Part shown: positions 59,156 to 64,000 of the stretch, piece after piece
How positions within the stretch are numbered: the first letter of the stretch is position 1
Layout: every line of letters starts with the position of its first letter
Assembly: GCA_963664825.1 (NCBI GenBank)
Contig: OY761614.1
Span: 1,536,001 to 1,600,000, forward strand
Length of the DNA: 64,000 nucleotides
DNA from: an uncultured Holophaga sp.
Lineage (GTDB): Bacteria > Acidobacteriota > Holophagae > Holophagales > Holophagaceae
Reading direction: 5' to 3'
Program-made: the position numbers and the translations under genes
The notes under the pieces: generated by a model
The model's input: the letters and a program-made list of their open reading frames with translations, nothing else
The model's database searches: none
Told to the model about the DNA's origin: nothing

Positions 59156-60271
59156 TTAGATTCCGTCTGGGCGGGTGGGAAGGCCTGGGGCGGAATGAGG
59201 GAGGGCCGCGTCGATCCAGCCGCCGCCGATGAGCCGCTCCTCCTCGAAAAAGGCCACGGCCTGGCCGGGGGTGATGGCGCTCTGGGGGGCCTCGAAATGG
59301 ACAAGGGCCGTCGCATCCCACAGGAGTTCCAGGCGCGCCGGGGCGCCTGGGTGGCGGGAGCGGATCTGGGCGATGCAGCGCTCCGGAGGATCTGCGTACC
59401 AATGGACTTGGGAGGCCTTGAGGCCCCTGGAGAGCAGATGGGTTTCATCGGTGCTGAGGATCACGCTGGCGTCCTCTGCCCGCAGGCCGATGACATGGTT
59501 CCTGGCGCCCAGCGCGATGCCGAGGCCCCGACGCTGGCCGATGGTGTAGCGGTGGAAGCCTTCGTGGGGGCCCAAGACCCTGCCCTGGGGATCGACGAAA
59601 TGGCCCGGGCGGATGGGCTTCCCGAAACGCTGGCGCAGGGATTCCGGGAAACCCAGGCCCTCCATGGCCAGGCAGATATCCTGGCTCTCGTGGCGCTCGG
59701 CGGTCACCAGGCCCATTTCCCGAGCCATGGCTCGGACTTCAAGCTTGGTGAGGGTGCCCAGGGGCAGCTCCAGCCGGGCGATCTGTTCCTGGGTGAGATC
59801 GGAGAGGAAGTAGGATTGGTCCTTGGCGCGGTCCACGCCCCGCAGCAGGCGCACGTCGTCGCCCACCCGCTCGATCCGCGCGTAGTGGCCCGTGGCGATG
59901 CGTTCGGCGCCCATGCGCTCGGCGTACTGGCCCAGGTATCCGAACTTCATCTCCCGGTTGCAGTGGAGGCATGGGCTGGGCGTGCGGCCCCGTTCGTATT
60001 CGGCCCAGGCCGGACCCATGATGCGGTCCAGGAAGGTGTCTCGGCAATCCAGCACATAGTGCGGGATGCCCAGGGATCCTGCCACCGCTCGAGCCTGGGT
60101 GATGCCATCGGCGGAGCAGCAGGAGCGGCTGGCATAGCGGTCGTCGCAGCTGCGGAGCTGGAGCGTGACGCCGATGGCCTCCCAGCCTGCCTTCACCATG
60201 AGCGCCGCCACCACGCTGGAATCCACCCCGCCGCTCATGGCGATAACCATGCGCCCTCGGGCCGCGCTCAC
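59156..60271 (-). CDS. mnmA: tRNA 2-thiouridine(34) synthase
   Basis: AMSGGVDSS, PSPCLHCN, ATGHYA, KDQSYFL, ESQDIC and TPGQA motifs. Confidence 0.95.
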   Translation of the reverse strand: MSAARGRMVIAMSGGVDSSVVAALMVKAGWEAIGVTLQLRSCDDRYASRSCCSADGITQARAVAGSLGIPHYVLDCRDTFLDRIMGPAWAEYERGRTPSPCLHCNREMKFGYLGQYAERMGAERIATGHYARIERVGDDVRLLRGVDRAKDQSYFLSDLTQEQIARLELPLGTLTKLEVRAMAREMGLVTAERHESQDICLAMEGLGFPESLRQRFGKPIRPGHFVDPQGRVLGPHEGFHRYTIGQRRGLGIALGARNHVIGLRAEDASVILSTDETHLLSRGLKASQVHWYADPPERCIAQIRSRHPGAPARLELLWDATALVHFEAPQSAITPGQAVAFFEEERLIGGGWIDAALPHSAPGLPTRPDGI

Positions 60272-61419
60272 TGGGCCTGCCTGGCGCGGAGGCGCGTGAC
60301 GGCGGCCTTCAGCACCTCTAGGGTGCGGAGGATCTCGCCTTCGGTATTGGATTCACCGAGGGAAAAGCGCAGGGCGGATCGGGCTTCCCGTTCCGTGCGG
60401 CCGATGGCCAGGAGCGCTGGGCTGGGCTTGCGGCTTTCGGAGCGGCAGGCGGAGCCAAGGGAGACCGCGATGCCCTCCAGGTCCAGGTTCAGGAGCAGGT
60501 CCTCGGCCAGGATGCCCTCGAAGCCGATATTGAGCGTGTTGGGCACGCGCTTTTCTGGATGGCCGTTGAGCCGCGTGCCCCCAATGCCCTCGAGGATGCC
60601 TCGCTCCAGCAGATCGCGGAGGCGGCGCGTGTGCCTGCTGCGTTCGGTCATGAGCGTCTGGGCCAGTTCACAGGCCACACCCAATCCCACGATGCCGGGC
60701 AGGTTCTCTGTGCCTGCGCGCATCCGGTGTTCCTGGGGGCCGCCGGTGAACAGCGGCGGAAGGGCCAGGCCTCGGCGCACGAAGAGGGCGCCGACGCCTT
60801 TGGGGCCATAGAACTTGTGGGCCGAAATCGAGAGCAGATCCACGCCCAGGGCGCGCACGTCCACGGGGATCTTGCCTGCGGCCTGCACGGCGTCGCTGTG
60901 CACGGGAATGCCCATGGCCCTAGCCTCTGCGGCGATCTCCCCCAGGGGCTGGAGGGTGCCGAGATCGTTATTGGCGAGCATGATGGAGACCAGGGCCGTG
61001 TCCTTGCTCAGCGCGGCTTCGGCCTGGCCAAGGTCGAGCCGTCCCTCGTCATCGACGCCCAGGGCCTGGAACGCGAAGCCCTGAGCGTCCAGGGCGCCGC
61101 AGGTGTCCAGCACGGCAGAATGCTCCAGGCTGGAGGTGAGGATGAGGCTTCCGCCGTTCAGGCTGGCCCCCAGGCGCAGCGCGTGGTTATCGGATTCGGT
61201 GCCTCCGCTGGTGAAGACGATCTCCTCGGGATCGGCTCCCAAGAGGGCCGCCACCTGGGCCCGGGCGAGGTCCAGCCTGCGCTTGGCGTCCTGGCCGAAG
61301 GCGTGAAGGCTCGAGGGGTTGCCCCAGGCTTCCTCCATACAGGCCTTCATGGCTTCCACCACGGCGGGATGAGGCTGGGTCGTCGCGTTGTGATCCAAAT
61401 AAATGCGCTTCAAGGTCAT
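60268..61419 (-). CDS. iscS: Cysteine desulfurase (IscS/NifS group)
   Basis: YLDHNATT, GNPSS, FTSGGTE, SAHKFYGPKG and GSAC; overlaps mnmA. Confidence 0.92.
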   Translation of the reverse strand: MTLKRIYLDHNATTQPHPAVVEAMKACMEEAWGNPSSLHAFGQDAKRRLDLARAQVAALLGADPEEIVFTSGGTESDNHALRLGASLNGGSLILTSSLEHSAVLDTCGALDAQGFAFQALGVDDEGRLDLGQAEAALSKDTALVSIMLANNDLGTLQPLGEIAAEARAMGIPVHSDAVQAAGKIPVDVRALGVDLLSISAHKFYGPKGVGALFVRRGLALPPLFTGGPQEHRMRAGTENLPGIVGLGVACELAQTLMTERSRHTRRLRDLLERGILEGIGGTRLNGHPEKRVPNTLNIGFEGILAEDLLLNLDLEGIAVSLGSACRSESRKPSPALLAIGRTEREARSALRFSLGESNTEGEILRTLEVLKAAVTRLRARQAQ

Positions 61420-61494
61420 GGCTCCCCGTCCATGATACCTGCCGTATTTTTGGGGAACTGCCCAGCGCTACAATGGGTCCACCCTGGAGAATCC

Positions 61495-62253
61495 ATGTTC
61501 AAGCACGCCATCTGCCGCAAGCCCGGTCTCAATTTCTCCCACGGCCTCACCACCGTGCAGGGTGGGGCTCCGGACTACGCGCTGATGATGACCCAGCACG
61601 ATGCCTACGTGGACACGCTGAAGAAGCTGGGCCTTCAGGTGGAGGTGCTGGAGCCCCTGGGCGAGTTCCCGGATGCCTATTTCGTGGAGGATGCGGCCAT
61701 CGTGATCCCCGAAATGGCCATCCTCACCCGGCCTGGCGCCAAACCCAGGCGGGGCGAGGCCGCGGCCATGGAACCGGTGCTGGCCAAATACCGTCCCCTG
61801 GCCCGTATCGAGGCGCCCGGCAAGCTGGATGGCGGAGACGTGCTCATCGTTGGGAAACACGCCCTCATCGGGATCTCCGAGCGCAGCAACCCCGAAGGCG
61901 CCGAACAGCTGGGTGAGATCCTCGAGGACCATGGCTACACTTGGTGCGCGGTGCCGGTGGCCGAGGGACTGCACTTCAAGTCCAGTGTCAATTGGGTGGG
62001 CGGCAAGAACCTGCTCGTCACGGAGGACTTCGTGGGGATGGAGGAACTGGAGGACTTCCATCAGATCCTGGTGGAGCCCGAGGAAACCTACGCCGCCAAC
62101 GTGCTCTGGGTCAACGGCACGCTCATCGTCCCCGCAGGCTACCCCATGACTCGCAACAAGCTGGCCTCCCTGAAGCTGCCCATGGTGGAGCTGGATACCA
62201 GCGAGGCCCGTCTCATGGATGGTGGGCTCACCTGCATGTCGCTGAGGTTCTGA
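61495..62253 (+). CDS. Dimethylarginine dimethylaminohydrolase/amidinotransferase-family protein
   Basis: FPDAYFVEDA, RRGE, LDGGDV, LHFKS and DGGLTCMS motifs. Confidence 0.9.
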   Translation: MFKHAICRKPGLNFSHGLTTVQGGAPDYALMMTQHDAYVDTLKKLGLQVEVLEPLGEFPDAYFVEDAAIVIPEMAILTRPGAKPRRGEAAAMEPVLAKYRPLARIEAPGKLDGGDVLIVGKHALIGISERSNPEGAEQLGEILEDHGYTWCAVPVAEGLHFKSSVNWVGGKNLLVTEDFVGMEELEDFHQILVEPEETYAANVLWVNGTLIVPAGYPMTRNKLASLKLPMVELDTSEARLMDGGLTCMSLRF

Positions 62254-62291
62254 GAGGCGACGCCGCTTCCCTTCTATCCCACACTGGAATC

Positions 62292-63254
62292 ATGGCAAAT
62301 GTCCTGATCCCCCTCCTGGCCTTCCTCTGTCTCTTGCCGGATATCCCAGTCCTGCACTGGCATGGCTGGCCCGCCTGGGTGGGACTGGTGTCAGGAGTCG
62401 CCGTGGCTCTCGGCTTCGGGAATCCCCACGCGGCTCGCACCCGGGCCCTCACGCCCAAGCTCTTGGCCTGGTCCGTGATCGGTCTGGGGGCTGCCATGAA
62501 CCTTCGGACCGTGGCGGTGGTGGGCCTCCAGGGCTTCGGCTACACCATGGTGGGCATCAGCCTCACCCTGACGCTGGGTTTCCTGCTGGGGCGATGGTTC
62601 AAGGTAGGGCGCAACACCTCGATTCTGGTGAGCGTCGGCACGGCCATCTGCGGGGGCAGCGCCATCGCCGCCGTGGCGCCTGTGCTGCGGGCCGACGATG
62701 ATGAGACGAGTCTGGCCCTGGCTACGGTCTTCCTCCTGAACGCCGCGGCGCTCCTGGTCTTCCCTCCCATCGGACACGCCCTGCATCTGGGGGAGCGGGC
62801 CTTCGGCCTCTGGGCTGCCCTGGCCATTCACGACACCTCGAGCGTGGTAGGGGCCTCCGCCGCCTACGGCAACCAGGCCCTGATCGTGGCCACCACCACC
62901 AAGCTTGCGCGGGCCCTGTGGATCGTGCCGCTCACGCTGGGGATGGGCGTCTGGATTTCCCGTCGGGAGCATTCCGAAGGAGAGCGCCGGAAGGCCAAGC
63001 GCCCCTGGTTCATCCTGGGCTTCCTGGCCGCAGCAGCCCTGGTGACCTTCCTGCCCGCCCTGAAACCCGCGGGCCGCCTGGTGGGCGAACTCGCCAAGCG
63101 CAGCCTTGTGCTGACCCTCTTCCTGCTGGGCCTGGGCCTCAGCCGGGCCAGCCTGCGAACTGTGGGTCCCCGCCCCTTCTTTCAGGGGTTGCTGTTGTGG
63201 GCCCTCGTGGGCGGCGGCACGCTGACGGCCATCCTGGTGGGGTGGATCCGCTAG
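62292..63254 (+). CDS. YeiH/UPF0324 putative sulfate exporter family membrane protein
   Basis: GTAICGGSAIAA, AIHDTSSVVGA, KLARALW and PWFILGF motifs. Confidence 0.9.
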   Translation: MANVLIPLLAFLCLLPDIPVLHWHGWPAWVGLVSGVAVALGFGNPHAARTRALTPKLLAWSVIGLGAAMNLRTVAVVGLQGFGYTMVGISLTLTLGFLLGRWFKVGRNTSILVSVGTAICGGSAIAAVAPVLRADDDETSLALATVFLLNAAALLVFPPIGHALHLGERAFGLWAALAIHDTSSVVGASAAYGNQALIVATTTKLARALWIVPLTLGMGVWISRREHSEGERRKAKRPWFILGFLAAAALVTFLPALKPAGRLVGELAKRSLVLTLFLLGLGLSRASLRTVGPRPFFQGLLLWALVGGGTLTAILVGWIR

Positions 63255-63262
63255 ACAGGCGA

Positions 63263-63282
63263 AGGCCCCGCTGCCGGGGCCT
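63263..63282. terminator. Hairpin between convergent genes
   Basis: AGGCCCCG-CTGC-CGGGGCCT; no long U tract. Confidence 0.4.
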
Positions 63283-63302
63283 CGCGCGTGGTCGTTCAAT
63301 TT

Positions 63303-63656
63303 CTACCTGGCGGTCTGGGCGTCGTGCTTTTCCCCGTGGATGCGCCGACTCTCTTTGTTTTGCTCCTTCTGGATCTTGGCGGCTTCCTTCTTGGTCACCT
63401 TGCCATCGGCTTCGGCCTTGGCAATATCCTTGTTGACCTTGGTCTCCTGGCGCTCCAGGCGAGTGGTCTCCTTGGGTGTGAGCTGGCCGCTCTGAACGCC
63501 CTTCCCGATGCGCTTCTGCTGGCGGTCGGCGCGCTGTTCGATACGGGCCTCGCGCTTCTGCGTGGGTGTGGTCGCTGGCGCAGGCGCCTGGGCCAGGAGG
63601 GCCGCTCCGGCGATGAGGAGGCCGCTCAGGGCTTGGGTCGTGCGTTTGATGTTCAT
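63303..63656 (-). CDS. Small exported basic helical protein with an internal repeat
   Basis: Signal peptide; duplicated unit SGQLTPKE / DGKVTKKE. Confidence 0.7.
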   Translation of the reverse strand: MNIKRTTQALSGLLIAGAALLAQAPAPATTPTQKREARIEQRADRQQKRIGKGVQSGQLTPKETTRLERQETKVNKDIAKAEADGKVTKKEAAKIQKEQNKESRRIHGEKHDAQTAR

Positions 63657-64000
63657 GGTCTCACCGTGATGATGGGGGCAACCTCTCGGTTCCTGGATGC
63701 CCAGGTTGGAATAGATCCGGAACAGGATCTGGAAGTAGAGCTCCGCCACAACCCCACCCAGAGGCCCCCTCGGGCCTGACAGGGACGGCGGAGGCGGAAA
63801 TGCGCAGAGTCGGCCCTTGCGGGTGTGCGGGGCCTACTGGACTCCGCGACCCAACTATTTCACGATTTGTGCCAAGGGCTAAACGGCCTGTTTACAGTGA
63901 ACATGGCAGGCGGGGGCCCTCGATGCGTGGTTTTATGCTGCACTCCGTGGCGCAGCGCATCGCGTCATTCCAGCCAGGAGGGGACGTCCAGCTCGGCTCC

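Noticed and set aside
63859..63875. Sigma-54 promoter on the minus strand (TTGGCACAAATCGTGAA)
   Set aside because: The -24 element matches but the -12 GC is absent, so it is too weak to call.
63660..64000. tRNA or ncRNA in the terminal intergenic region
   Set aside because: No cloverleaf, T-loop or recognisable RNA family pattern; the region is cut by the window edge.

Overview
GC-rich bacterial chromosomal window of mostly core genes. Gene content and style suggest an anaerobe, possibly Holophagae/Acidobacteriota, but I cannot verify that from the sequence. Layout from left to right: (1) An accessory operon at 1-8036: the 3' end of a probable DASS-type transporter, a membrane-anchored exported protein, two tandem MgtC/DUF4010 paralogs flanking a CYTH-like protein, a DUF3616-like exported protein, a frameshifted chemoreceptor and a metallophosphoesterase. 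(2) ruvX, ogt and murB, then an opposite-strand pair (GNAT/class V aminotransferase fusion plus an atypical PlsY) sitting where ddl often lies, then ftsQAZ. (3) Two hybrid kinases, cysK/Rrf2, recA, a CPA2 antiporter, a CLC(F)-like channel and the uncharacterised NifU-like/GGGtGRT pair. (4) cobU, yhaM, an S4 protein, two PPIases and yccA. (5) A ~15 kb minus-strand heme cluster (hemA,C,D,B,L,E,N,H,Y) interleaved with hydG plus a TM1266-like gene, a hairpin repeat array and several orphan genes. (6) moaA, a PAS-GGDEF-EAL protein, HU/IHF, two exported proteins, speB, an AT-richer HNH nuclease, a dCMP-deaminase-family gene, mnmA, iscS, a DDAH-like gene and yeiH. I found no rRNA, tRNA, CRISPR array, transposase or prophage. 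The best candidates for an undescribed system are a putative (di)acyl-serinol aminolipid module (9873-12072) and the DUF4010-CYTH-DUF4010 operon (1-8036). All protein calls come from motif recognition by eye; no searches were run.
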